Assembly: GCA_963836075.1 (NCBI GenBank)
Contig: CAWIIB010000009.1
Span: 192,001 to 256,000, forward strand
Direction: 5' to 3'
DNA length: 64,000 nt
Source: an uncultured Acidobacteriota bacterium
GTDB lineage: Bacteria; Acidobacteriota; JAQAZP01
Every line of letters begins with the position of its first letter. The stretch's first letter is position 1. Shown here one piece after another: positions 38,285 to 48,319 of this stretch. Both the position numbers and the translations under genes were made by a program. The notes beneath the pieces were generated by a model. That model searched no databases, had not been told where the DNA came from, and saw only the letters and a list, made by a program, of their open reading frames with translations.

Positions 38285-41017
38285 TCAGAACCGCCCCGCG
38301 GCCACGGTCGCCCCGTCGGTCCACCCCGCGGGCATGGCCTGCAGGGTAAACCACTGGGCCACTCCCGCCCCGTTGTAACGATAGACCGCCACCATCGAAT
38401 CCGCCCCCTGGTCCGGCCCGGCGCCGATCACCAGTTCCGAGCGGCCGTCCCCGTCCAGGTCCGCACCGGCAAAGAGCTGGGCCCCATGGCTGTACTGGGC
38501 CGGCGGCAGGGCAAAGAAGCTGCAGCCGGGCAGCGGCGTCACCGCCGTGTCGTCGTAGTTCCATCCGCGGATATGCGGGCCGAAGACACTTGACGGACCG
38601 GGTGCGGTGATAATCTCGTCGATGCCGTCGCCGTCAATGTCGCCGCAGGCCACCCGCACGCCGTATTTCAGGGTGCCGTATGCGAAGTAGCTCACCGCCG
38701 GGATGGCTGCCGCACTGCCGCCGTCAACGTTCCAGCCCCGGACGTGCGGGCCGAACACCGCCCCCGGCCCGGCGCCGGTGACGATCTCGCCGAACCCGTC
38801 GCCGTCGATGTCACCGCAGGCCACATTGACCCCCCACTTGGGGGTGCCGTAGGCGAAGTAGCTGACACCGGGAATAGCGGAGGTGCCGGGAGGAGATCCG
38901 GTGACGTCGAAGGCCCGGACGTGAGGGCCGAAGACCGCGCCCGGCCCGGCGCCGGTGACGATCTCGTCCCTGCCGTCACCGTCCAGGTCGCCGGCCGCCA
39001 CGTTGACCCCGAACTTCAGGGTGCCGTAAGCGAAGAAGTTTACGCCGGGGAAGGACTGGCCGTTCGGCCTGAACGCCCGCACGTGGGGGCCGTAAATGTC
39101 GCCCGGGCCGGCGCCGGTGAGGATCTCGTCCAGGCCGTCGCCGTCCAGGTCGCCGGCGTGCACGTTGACCCCGTAGCGGTCGGCGCCATACGCCGTGAAC
39201 TCCAGGTCGTGAGCCGCGTCCTGCAGCGCCGGGAAAAGCCTGACCAGCGGCGGGTTGGCAATGTCGGGGCCGGCGCCGGCCAGCAGGCTGCCGCCGCCGT
39301 AGTGCACCCCGATGTCGGTGATGCCGCTGTCACTGGAACCATCGGTACGGGTGGTGCCCGAAGCTCCGCCGGCGGCCGGGTCACCGGCGTCGACACAGGG
39401 GCTGTTCACCGCCTGGCCGGCGGCGACCTGGCTGAGGTAAAAGGGCCCGCCCGGCCCGTCGACAAAGACCGGATCGGCGTCGATCATCCCTTCACCCCAG
39501 TTGAGAGTGCAGCCGGTTTCCACCTCCAGCGAGCCGATGCCGCCGTCCACGTCGCAGTAATCGATATCCAGCGAGAGGCCGAGGTCGTCGTACTCGAGGT
39601 AAATCTCCTTGCCCTCGGGTGAACTGTTGCCCCAGAAAATCCCGTGGACCACGGTGAGCGTCGTGCCTTCAGAGCAGTGGAGCCCGCCACCCCCTCCCCA
39701 GACCACGGTATTGGCCGTAATGGAGTTGTTCTCCAGGGTCAACTCCCCCCCCTGGTTGACCACAATTCCTCCCCCGCGCTGGTTGACTTCGTTGTCGTGG
39801 ATTGCATTGTTCGCCAACAAACCGCTATCCAGCTGATGGAGCCTGACGCCCCCGCCAAAGGATGCGCTGTTGTGCCCCACGCGGTTGCCCACCATCAGGA
39901 GATTGCCGCCCAAACAGTCAATACCACCGCCCGCAACCGCACTGTTGCTGTTCACCTGGTTCCGGCTGATCTCGGCTGTATGATCGGCGCTGCTGTTGTA
40001 GACATATGCAATACCGCCGCCCTCGGAGGTGGACGTGTTCAAGAGGAGGGTGTTGTCCCGAATCACGGTGTCCGACGACTGCGTGTAGATCCCGCCCCCG
40101 CTGCCGCTGGACTCGTTGCCCGTGAAAACGTTGTCGGCGATCAGCACCGAACCGGCAAATTCACAGCAGACTCCGCCCCCGTTATCAGCAAGGTTGCCGT
40201 TGAACATATTTCCCTTGATCGCCGCGGACGAGTCCTCGGCACAGCAGATCCCCCCGCCCGGTCCGGGCGTGCTGTTGCCGGCAAACACATTGTCAGAAAC
40301 CACCGGCTCCGAAGCACCATAGATATACATTCCACCGCCAGCACCGTCCGTCGAGATGCTTGTAACGTTCGAACTGAGGGTGCAGCCGGTAATCTCCGGT
40401 GAGGACTGCCAGCTGTAAATGCCGCCACCGTAATATTCCACCGAGTTGCCGGTCACGGTGCATCCCCTGACCCGGGGCTGGCCCAACATGCAGAACAGGC
40501 CGCCGCCGATATCGGCAGCATTTCCCTCGAGCACACAGTCCGTTATCAACGGCGATGCGTCAGCGCAGTAAATCCCGCCGCCGTGATTGGCGGAGTTGAC
40601 CGCCACCCGGCAGTTATCGATGGACGGTGAGGATTCGAAGCAGTAAATCCCGCCGCCGAGGGTCCGCAGTTCCACCTGGTCGAAAAAGCCGTTGCCGTTG
40701 GTCAGGGTGAAACCGCGGAGCAGTGATCCCGCCCCCTCGCCACCGCTGAAGGACACAACGCTGCCGTTCAGGTCACCGTCGATGATGGTGGACACCGGCC
40801 CCTGCAGGCTGCTCACCGTGATCTGTTTGCCGAGGAAGTCGATGTTCTCGATGTAGGTTCCCGGCCTGACCTGGATGAGGTCACCCATGCCGGCGGCCTG
40901 GATGGCCCCCTGGATGGTGGCGTGGTTGTCGGGGACATAGATGGTGGCGGCATGAAGCGGGGCCGCGAGGAAAAAGAGCAGCAGAATGGTTCCGGAGAGA
41001 TTTCGTACTGTAATCAT
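38285..41017 (-). CDS. Secreted parallel beta-helix protein with C-terminal six-repeat propeller
   Basis: Signal peptide; VPDNHATIQGAI; GGGI repeats; FYLSQVAAGQAVNSPCVDAG; six GxGP repeats at the end. Confidence 0.86.
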   Translation of the reverse strand: MITVRNLSGTILLLFFLAAPLHAATIYVPDNHATIQGAIQAAGMGDLIQVRPGTYIENIDFLGKQITVSSLQGPVSTIIDGDLNGSVVSFSGGEGAGSLLRGFTLTNGNGFFDQVELRTLGGGIYCFESSPSIDNCRVAVNSANHGGGIYCADASPLITDCVLEGNAADIGGGLFCMLGQPRVRGCTVTGNSVEYYGGGIYSWQSSPEITGCTLSSNVTSISTDGAGGGMYIYGASEPVVSDNVFAGNSTPGPGGGICCAEDSSAAIKGNMFNGNLADNGGGVCCEFAGSVLIADNVFTGNESSGSGGGIYTQSSDTVIRDNTLLLNTSTSEGGGIAYVYNSSADHTAEISRNQVNSNSAVAGGGIDCLGGNLLMVGNRVGHNSASFGGGVRLHQLDSGLLANNAIHDNEVNQRGGGIVVNQGGELTLENNSITANTVVWGGGGGLHCSEGTTLTVVHGIFWGNSSPEGKEIYLEYDDLGLSLDIDYCDVDGGIGSLEVETGCTLNWGEGMIDADPVFVDGPGGPFYLSQVAAGQAVNSPCVDAGDPAAGGASGTTRTDGSSDSGITDIGVHYGGGSLLAGAGPDIANPPLVRLFPALQDAAHDLEFTAYGADRYGVNVHAGDLDGDGLDEILTGAGPGDIYGPHVRAFRPNGQSFPGVNFFAYGTLKFGVNVAAGDLDGDGRDEIVTGAGPGAVFGPHVRAFDVTGSPPGTSAIPGVSYFAYGTPKWGVNVACGDIDGDGFGEIVTGAGPGAVFGPHVRGWNVDGGSAAAIPAVSYFAYGTLKYGVRVACGDIDGDGIDEIITAPGPSSVFGPHIRGWNYDDTAVTPLPGCSFFALPPAQYSHGAQLFAGADLDGDGRSELVIGAGPDQGADSMVAVYRYNGAGVAQWFTLQAMPAGWTDGATVAAGRF

Positions 41018-41154
41018 GGCAACCCCCGACAATGCCTGGAGACAGCGGTCCCCTCAGCTGTGTTCGTTATTGGCAGTGGGGGTTATTCTTATGATTTATA
41101 TAGCGCTTATCTTTACCACTTGCGCAAAACCCTGTCAACCTGGGCCTGCCGGGA

Positions 41155-41796
41155 TCACCTGGGCCGGAGAACGGCAAAGGTCTGGGAGTGGACCATCCGC
41201 GTCAGCTTGATGATCCGTTCCACTTCGATGCCCGCCTCCCTGGTCTCCTCCAGGAACTGGTCGATGCTGTGAAAGGTGATCTGCTTGACCATCGGCTTTA
41301 TCTTTTTTACCAAACGCTGGACGTGGTGAAAAGTTCCGCTGCGGTAGAAGGTGAGGATCACCCGCTTGCGGGTGACCCGGTTCAGTTCCCTGAGGGAAGC
41401 ACAGCGCTGCTCCGGCCGGTGCAGGTGCTGGAACAGACGAATGACCACCGCCAGGTCAACGCTCTTGTCGGGCAGGGGGAGCCGGGCCGTGCTGGCTCCG
41501 GCAAAGTGGTTCCTGCCGGTCCCGGCCACAACGTCGTCCTGTTGCTCCGCGGCCCTGAACAGCATGTGCGGACTGAGGTCGAAGGAGAGCAGGCAGTCGG
41601 TGCGCGGCAGGAGCAGTGGCGTGAACCGGCCGTACCCCGAGGGGATGTCGAGGATCCGCTCCACCCGCGGCATCTCGTCAAGGAGCGAAACCAGCAGTTG
41701 CTGCTCCCGCTCGGAGATCCCCCGCTGGACCCACGAGGCATACCGTTTGTCATGGTAGACCGAGACCTTGTCCCGGCTGTCGAAGATCATCTTCAC
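41155..41796 (-). CDS. Class I SAM-dependent methyltransferase
   Basis: ILDIPSGYGRF motif I, DLSPHML, LPLPDKSVD, RLFQHL. Confidence 0.85.
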   Translation of the reverse strand: MKMIFDSRDKVSVYHDKRYASWVQRGISEREQQLLVSLLDEMPRVERILDIPSGYGRFTPLLLPRTDCLLSFDLSPHMLFRAAEQQDDVVAGTGRNHFAGASTARLPLPDKSVDLAVVIRLFQHLHRPEQRCASLRELNRVTRKRVILTFYRSGTFHHVQRLVKKIKPMVKQITFHSIDQFLEETREAGIEVERIIKLTRMVHSQTFAVLRPR

Positions 41797-41813
41797 GGAT
41801 CAGGCCTTCACCC

Positions 41814-44800
41814 TCAGTTCCGCAGCCCACCCACCTTGACCCCGTGGGTCACTTCGGTGGTGCTGTAGGCATTGAAGTCGACACCGCCCAGGGCGGTGAG
41901 CGTCTGGCCGTCGTAGTTCCAGCCGCGCACCCGGGGTGCGTGGGTCTCGCCCGGACCGGGCCCGGTGATGATCTCGTCGATACCGTCCCCGTCCAGGTCG
42001 CCGCAGGAGACATTGGCCCCCCACTGGGTGTAGTCGTAGGCGAAGAAGCTCACCGCCGGGATCGACTGGGCCGAACCCGTCCCGTCCCAGTTGAAGGCCC
42101 GCACGTGGGGGCCGAACACCGCACCCGGACCGGCCCCGGTGACAATCTCGTCGATGCCGTCACCGTCGATGTCGCCGCAGGCAACGTTCACCCCAAACTT
42201 CAGTGTGCCATAGGCGAAGAAGGAGACCCCGGGGATGGACGAGGCGCCCCCGCCGTCACAGTTCCAGCCCCTCACGTGGGGGCCGTACACCGCGCCAGGA
42301 CCGGCGCCGGTGACGATCTCGTCGTAGCCGTCACCATCGATGTCGCCGCAGCTGACGTTGACCCCCCACTTGGGGGTGCCGTAGGCGAAGTAGGAGATGC
42401 CGGGGATCGACGTGGGAGTGCCGGCCCCGTCCCAGTTCCAGCCCCGCACGTGGGGCCCGAACACAGCGCCGGGACCGGCACCGGTGACGATCTCATCGTA
42501 GCCATCGCCATCCAGGTCGCCGCAGCCGACGTTGACCCCGTACTTGTTGGTGCCGTAGGCCAGAAACGAGACCCCGGGCAGCGGCGTGCCGTCGTCCTGG
42601 AACCCCCGCACGTGGGGGCCGAACACCGCACCGGGGCCGGCACCGGTGAGCACCTCCGGCCCGGCCGCACCGTCCAGCTCGCCCAGGGCCACGTTGACCC
42701 CCCAGCGGTCCACGCCGTAGGCGTGCCACTCGGTGTAGCTCCGGCCGGCGGCCACGCCGTACACCCGCACCAGGGTGGGGTTGAACTCGCCCGGGCCGGG
42801 CCCCGTGACCACGCAGGCCGGTGGGCACGAAGTCAGCAGCGTTGTTGTGCAGGATCATCAGGTCGACCCAGTAGAGCAGTGTCACCTCGGGGGCCTGGTC
42901 CCGGTCCATGTCGGCCGCCGCCAGGAAACCGTTGGCGCTGCCGGTGGTGAATGAACGGGGAGGCCCGAACCCGCCGCTCCCGTCATTGAGCAGCACCGCC
43001 AGATCTTCAGTTTCCAGCGCCAGGGACAGCAGGTCCGGAGCGCCGTCGAGATCCATGTCCGCCGAGGTGAACCGGTAGCCCGCCTCCTGGCCGGTCTCAT
43101 GGGTGACGGCAGCGGAAAAGGTGCCGTCCCCATTGTTGAGCAGCACCGAACAGACTCCCGCGTTGAAACTGGAGGTGGCCAGGTCGAGGTCACCGTCACC
43201 ATCGAAATCGTCCGAGGGAAACCCCCACCGGATCGATGCAGTCGTACCGCTGGGGCGCGGCAAAACTGCCGTCACCGTTGTTCCTCACCACCACCAGGTT
43301 GCCGCCCACCGACTCCTCCTCGTCCATCGCCGCGTCCAGGTCGCCGTCATCGTCCACGTCACCGAGGACGATGGCCGTGGCCCGGTGGGTGGCGGTGTAG
43401 TACGTGGTGGCGCCGAGAGAACCAGTCGCCGTTGTTGAGCAGGATGCCAAGCTGGGTGGAGCCGCTGCGGCAGATCACCGCTGCGTCGAGGTCGCCGTCG
43501 CCGTCCAGGTCGCCGATGGCCGCGGCCTCCGGGTTGAAGCCCACCTGGTAGTTGACCGGGGGAAGCAGCCCGCCGCTGCCGTCATTCATCATGATCGAAA
43601 TGGTGCGATCGTCGTCATCGATGAGCAGGACATCGCTGATGCCGTCACCACTCAGGTCACCGGTGGTCATACCCGCCGGGTAGATGTCGGGCTGGTAGTC
43701 CACCGGCTCGGAGAAACCGCCGGGATATTCGTTGAACAGGACCTTCAGCAGCGGGGGGTCGGGTACGTTGTCAAAGCCGACCACCAGATCATTGTCGCCG
43801 TCGCCGTCGAGATCGTCCACGGCCACCCGGTACAGATACGTCACATCAAAGGACAGTTCCTCGTGGCTGCGAAACGTGCCGTCACCGCGGCCCAGCAACA
43901 CCGCCGCATGCTGCTCCCCGGGAGGGCAGAGCATCACCGCATCGAGGTGGCCGTCACCGTCCAGGTCATCGAGGCTGATTTTTTCCCCCGGTTGAAACAG
44001 TATTCCGGTTCCCCGAATGTGTCGTCCCCGTTATTCAGTGTCACGGTTACTCTGAAATAGTTGTAGACATCATTTGCGTTGGCGACGATATCCAGGTCAC
44101 CGTCACCGTCCAGGTCACCCAGGTCCCAATCGTCCGGGTTGTTGCCAATATCGATCAGACGCTCCATGCGGAACGTCCCGTCACCGAATCCCCTCAGGTA
44201 TGAAAGCCGTTCAGCCGAGGAGAACCCGCCGGCCACAAAGTCGAGATTGTCATCGCCGTTCAGATCGGCCGTGGCCATGATAATCCGGTAGTCCCAGTCG
44301 GAGATGCTGCTTGTCGGCCCCTGGGCGAACGATCCGCTTCCATTGTTGAACAACACCGTGTAATGCTCGCCGGGGAAATCATCGTTGACGCTCACCAGGT
44401 CGAGGTCACCGTCCTCGTCGAAATCACCGCTGGTGAGCCCGTCCACCGTCCAGCCGAGCGAACTGAGCGAACCCAGCGTAAAAGTACCATCCCCCTGGCC
44501 GGTATACAGTTCCACGGTCTGCAATACGGGCACGGCCACATCGTTGACACCGTCACCGGTGAACTCGCCGATCACCAGGCTGCCGTAAATACCGGTGGGT
44601 GTCTGGCCGGCCTCGGTGAATGTGCCGTCGCCATTGCCCAGCAGTGCGGTGAAATGAAAATCCGGGTAGTTGCCGCCGCTGATCACGTCGGGATACGCAT
44701 CATCATCCACCATGGCCACATGCAGGTGGTAGGCTGAATGGAAAGAAAGCAAGGTGACCGCCGGCTCGGAAAAAGTTCCGTCACCAACGCCGAGGCGAAC

Positions 44801-45037
44801 CACAACACCATCCACCGCACCACCCTCATAGTTCCGAGCCAGGCCCACCAGGTCGGAGATGCCGTCGAGGTCGACATCCGCCGTCCGGATATCAATCAGT
44901 TCGTTCCCTCCGAGATAGAACTGCCGGGCCGTATCGAAGAGATACTCGGCAGAGCAGGGAACCGAAATCAGGTGGATCAGAGCGAGAAAAATGGCTGGGA
45001 TCAGCAGAACAGGAATCGGGCAACGGCTCATTCGCAT
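41814..45037 (-). CDS. Secreted VCBS/FG-GAP repeat protein with C-terminal six-repeat propeller; about 4 frameshifts (~43980, 43417, 43225, 42813)
   Basis: Four consecutive ORFs colinear with the two intact paralogs; CSAEYLFDTAR N-terminus; DxDGDGDxD and NxGDGTF repeats. Confidence 0.8.
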
Positions 45038-45073
45038 GGCATTCAACTCCGGTGTAGTGAAATCAGCACTATC

Positions 45074-48000
45074 CTAGTTTCGCAGCCCACCCACCTTGAC
45101 CCCGTGGCTCACCTCGGTGGAGCCGTAAGCATAAAAGTCCACACCATCAAGGGCGGTGAGCGTCTGGCCGTCGTAGTTCCAGCCCCGCACCCGGGGGAGG
45201 TGGGACTCGCCCGGCCCGGCCCCGGTGATGATCTCGTCGATGCCGTCATCGTCCAGGTCGCCGCAGGAGACGTTGGCTCCCCACTGGGTGTAGCTGTAGG
45301 CAAAGAAGCTCACCGCCGGGATCGACTGGGCCGAGCCGGTCCCGTCCCAGTTGAAAGCCCTGACGTGGGGGCCGAATACCGCACCCGGCCCGGCACCGGT
45401 GACCATCTCGTCGATGCCGTCACCGTCGATGTCGCCGCAGGCAACGTTGACCCCGAACTTGAGAGTGCCGTAGGCGAAGAAGGAGACCCCGGGGATGGAC
45501 GAGGCGCCCCCGCCGTCGCAGTTCCAGCCCCGGACGTGGGGGCCGTACACCGCGCCCGGTCCGGCGCCGGTGACGATCTCGTCGTAACCGTCGCCGTCGA
45601 TGTCGCCGCAGCTGACGTTGACGCCCCACTTGGGCGTGCCGTAGGCGAAGTAGGAAATCCCGGGGATCGGTGCGGGCACACCCGACCCGTCCCAGTTCCA
45701 GCCCCGCACATGGGGGCCGAACACTGCGCCGGGGCCGGCGCCGGTGACGATCTCGTCAAAGCCGTCGTTGTCCAGGTCACCGGCACAAACGTTGACCCCG
45801 TACTTCAGGGTGCCGTAGGCGAAGAATGAAACCCCGGGCAACGGGGTGCCATCGTGCTGGAACCCCCGCACGTGGGGGCCGAAGACCGGCCCGGGACCGG
45901 CCCCGGTGAGCACCTCGGGCTCGGGCGTGCCGTCCAGCTCGGCCAGGGCCACGTTGACCCCCCAGCGGTCCACGCCATAGGCCGACCACTCGGTGTAGCT
46001 GCGGCCGCCGTCACCGGGGAAGTATCGCACCAGGGTGGGGTTGAACTCACCCGGCCCCGGACCGGTGACCAGCAGGCCGGAGGAAGATAAATCGGCAGCG
46101 TTGTTGTTGATGATATAGACTCGGGAGCCTCCAGTAACGATCGCCTCCGGAGCCTGATCCCCGTCCATATCTGCCACGGCCATATCGAACAGGGTACGGC
46201 CGGTGGTCCAGAGAAGCGGAGCACCGAAGCTCCCGTCACCTTCACCGGGAAGGACCATCAGATCATTGGTCGAGTAACTCAGGGCCAGCAGATCGGTATG
46301 ACCATCCATCGTTATATCCGCCGAAGAGAATCGCATGAGATATTCTTGATTTGACCCATAGGTCTCAGCCGTTCCGAACGTACCATCCCCGTTGTTCAGC
46401 AGGATCGAGCAATACCCACCCGAGAAGCTCCCGGTCGCAATGTCGAGGTCGCCATCATGGTCATGGTCATCCAGCGCCACACCGTAGGGATCGCTGGCAT
46501 CGTATCGCTGGGGCGCTGAAAAGCTGCCGTTGCCGTTATTCTTCAGCACCAGCATGTTGCCGCCATAGCCCTCGGGTTCATGTACCACTACGTCGAGGTC
46601 GCCGTCACTATCAAGATCTCCCAACGCTACATCGCTGGTCCAGTTTGTGGTTGTGAAGTATTGAGGCACGCCGAATGTTCCGTCACCATTGTTGAACAGT
46701 ATGCCCAGATTGTCCGTGCTCTGGTGGGCCACCGCAATGTCGGTATCGCCGTCTCCGTCCAGGTCGCCCAGAGCCGCAGCCACCGGCTCGTCTCCCACAC
46801 CGTAGTTCTCTGGCGAAAGCAGTGCACCGTCACCGGCATTGAGCATGATGGAGACCGAATCTCCTTCATAATCGATGATCAGGAGGTCACTGATTCCATC
46901 TCCACTCATATCGCCGGAGACGAAACGATAGGGGCTGACATCGGGCTCGAAGCTCAGCGGCTCCGAGAAGCCTCCCGGAAATTCATTGATGAAGACCTGG
47001 ATCAGTTCGGGACCGCCACCGGTATAGTATCCGACCACGAGATCGGCCAGGCCATCGCCGTTCATGTCCTCAACTGCGCACGGATAAGCCGGGTGGTCTT
47101 CGTGCGTCTCAACGCGCTGAGGACCACGAAAAGTGCCATCCCCCGCACCAGGGACGATTGCCACCTGCTCGTCAACATAGGAAGGGAGGAGCATCGCATC
47201 GGGATAGCCGTCACCATCCATGTCCTGGACAACGATCTGTGCGCCGTAAACGTTCCCGTCTTCGGGTTCTCCGAACGCACCGCTGCCGTCGTTGCGGTAG
47301 ACGTATATTCCCCAGCCGCCCACGAGATCGAGGTCGCCGTCCTCGTCGATATCGAAAAGACACCAGTCAGCGGGAGCCTCGCCGGGCAGTAAGAATGTCT
47401 CTTCGTCGACCGTGCCGTCACCGTTCCCCGCGAAAAAAGGAAGATCCCAGGTCGGGGCCAGCACGTCCAGATGGCCATCCCCGTTGACGTCGTCCACCAG
47501 CAGGTCCTCGGAGTAATGGTCGTCGGAGAGGGAGTGTCCCGTGCCGGGAGTGAAACCACCGCTGCCATTGTTGAGCAGGATCGAGAGATCCATATGGTAG
47601 GGCCCGATATAGTGGGTGTTCACCAGGTCGAGGTCCCCGTCCTCATCGAAGTCGCCACCGGCCACCACATGGACCTCATGCCCCAGGGCAGTTGCTGCGC
47701 CCAGGGAGAATGTGCCATCCCCCTGGCCGATGTAGAGACGCACGGAGTTGCCCTCGGTGGCGGCGATGTCGGTGGTGCCGTCGCCGGTGAAGTCGCCCGG
47801 CTCAGTGGACAGGAATTCATGACTGCTGGTGTAGGTCGCCCCCTGCGAAAAGGTGCCGTCGCCGTCCCCGATCAGCGACCTCAACTGGTGAACGTCGAAA
47901 TCCGGTTCGGTGCCGTCCAGGACCACGTCCGGATATGAATCGTCATCCAGACGCGTGACGTGCATTCTCGAATAGCCGGATCTGCTGCCCAACCCGGTGG

Positions 48001-48280
48001 CCACCGGCTCCGCGAACTCGCCGTTGCCGGTTCCAAGCCTGACCACCACGGCATCTTCTGTCTCCTGGTACCAGGAGACGAGACCCACCATATCGGCAAT
48101 CCCGTCATTGTTGACATCGTCCGTGCTGATCTCGAGCACTTCCATGCCATCCCCGAAATTGAACTGCCGTGCGGTGTCGAGGAGATACTCCGCGGCGCAG
48201 GGAACCGAAAAAATGTGGAATCCGGTCAGGAGGATGACCGGGATCAGTAAAGTTGGAATCCGGCAGCGGCTCATACGCAT
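45074..48280 (-). CDS. Secreted VCBS/FG-GAP repeat protein with C-terminal six-repeat propeller
   Basis: 1068 aa; signal peptide; many DxDxDG calcium-blade repeats; ends HGVKVGGLRN. Confidence 0.88.
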   Translation of the reverse strand: MRMSRCRIPTLLIPVILLTGFHIFSVPCAAEYLLDTARQFNFGDGMEVLEISTDDVNNDGIADMVGLVSWYQETEDAVVVRLGTGNGEFAEPVATGLGSRSGYSRMHVTRLDDDSYPDVVLDGTEPDFDVHQLRSLIGDGDGTFSQGATYTSSHEFLSTEPGDFTGDGTTDIAATEGNSVRLYIGQGDGTFSLGAATALGHEVHVVAGGDFDEDGDLDLVNTHYIGPYHMDLSILLNNGSGGFTPGTGHSLSDDHYSEDLLVDDVNGDGHLDVLAPTWDLPFFAGNGDGTVDEETFLLPGEAPADWCLFDIDEDGDLDLVGGWGIYVYRNDGSGAFGEPEDGNVYGAQIVVQDMDGDGYPDAMLLPSYVDEQVAIVPGAGDGTFRGPQRVETHEDHPAYPCAVEDMNGDGLADLVVGYYTGGGPELIQVFINEFPGGFSEPLSFEPDVSPYRFVSGDMSGDGISDLLIIDYEGDSVSIMLNAGDGALLSPENYGVGDEPVAAALGDLDGDGDTDIAVAHQSTDNLGILFNNGDGTFGVPQYFTTTNWTSDVALGDLDSDGDLDVVVHEPEGYGGNMLVLKNNGNGSFSAPQRYDASDPYGVALDDHDHDGDLDIATGSFSGGYCSILLNNGDGTFGTAETYGSNQEYLMRFSSADITMDGHTDLLALSYSTNDLMVLPGEGDGSFGAPLLWTTGRTLFDMAVADMDGDQAPEAIVTGGSRVYIINNNAADLSSSGLLVTGPGPGEFNPTLVRYFPGDGGRSYTEWSAYGVDRWGVNVALAELDGTPEPEVLTGAGPGPVFGPHVRGFQHDGTPLPGVSFFAYGTLKYGVNVCAGDLDNDGFDEIVTGAGPGAVFGPHVRGWNWDGSGVPAPIPGISYFAYGTPKWGVNVSCGDIDGDGYDEIVTGAGPGAVYGPHVRGWNCDGGGASSIPGVSFFAYGTLKFGVNVACGDIDGDGIDEMVTGAGPGAVFGPHVRAFNWDGTGSAQSIPAVSFFAYSYTQWGANVSCGDLDDDGIDEIITGAGPGESHLPRVRGWNYDGQTLTALDGVDFYAYGSTEVSHGVKVGGLRN

Positions 48281-48319
48281 AGTTCGTGCCCTCGTTGTTT
48301 AAACCCGGATAAAACCCTA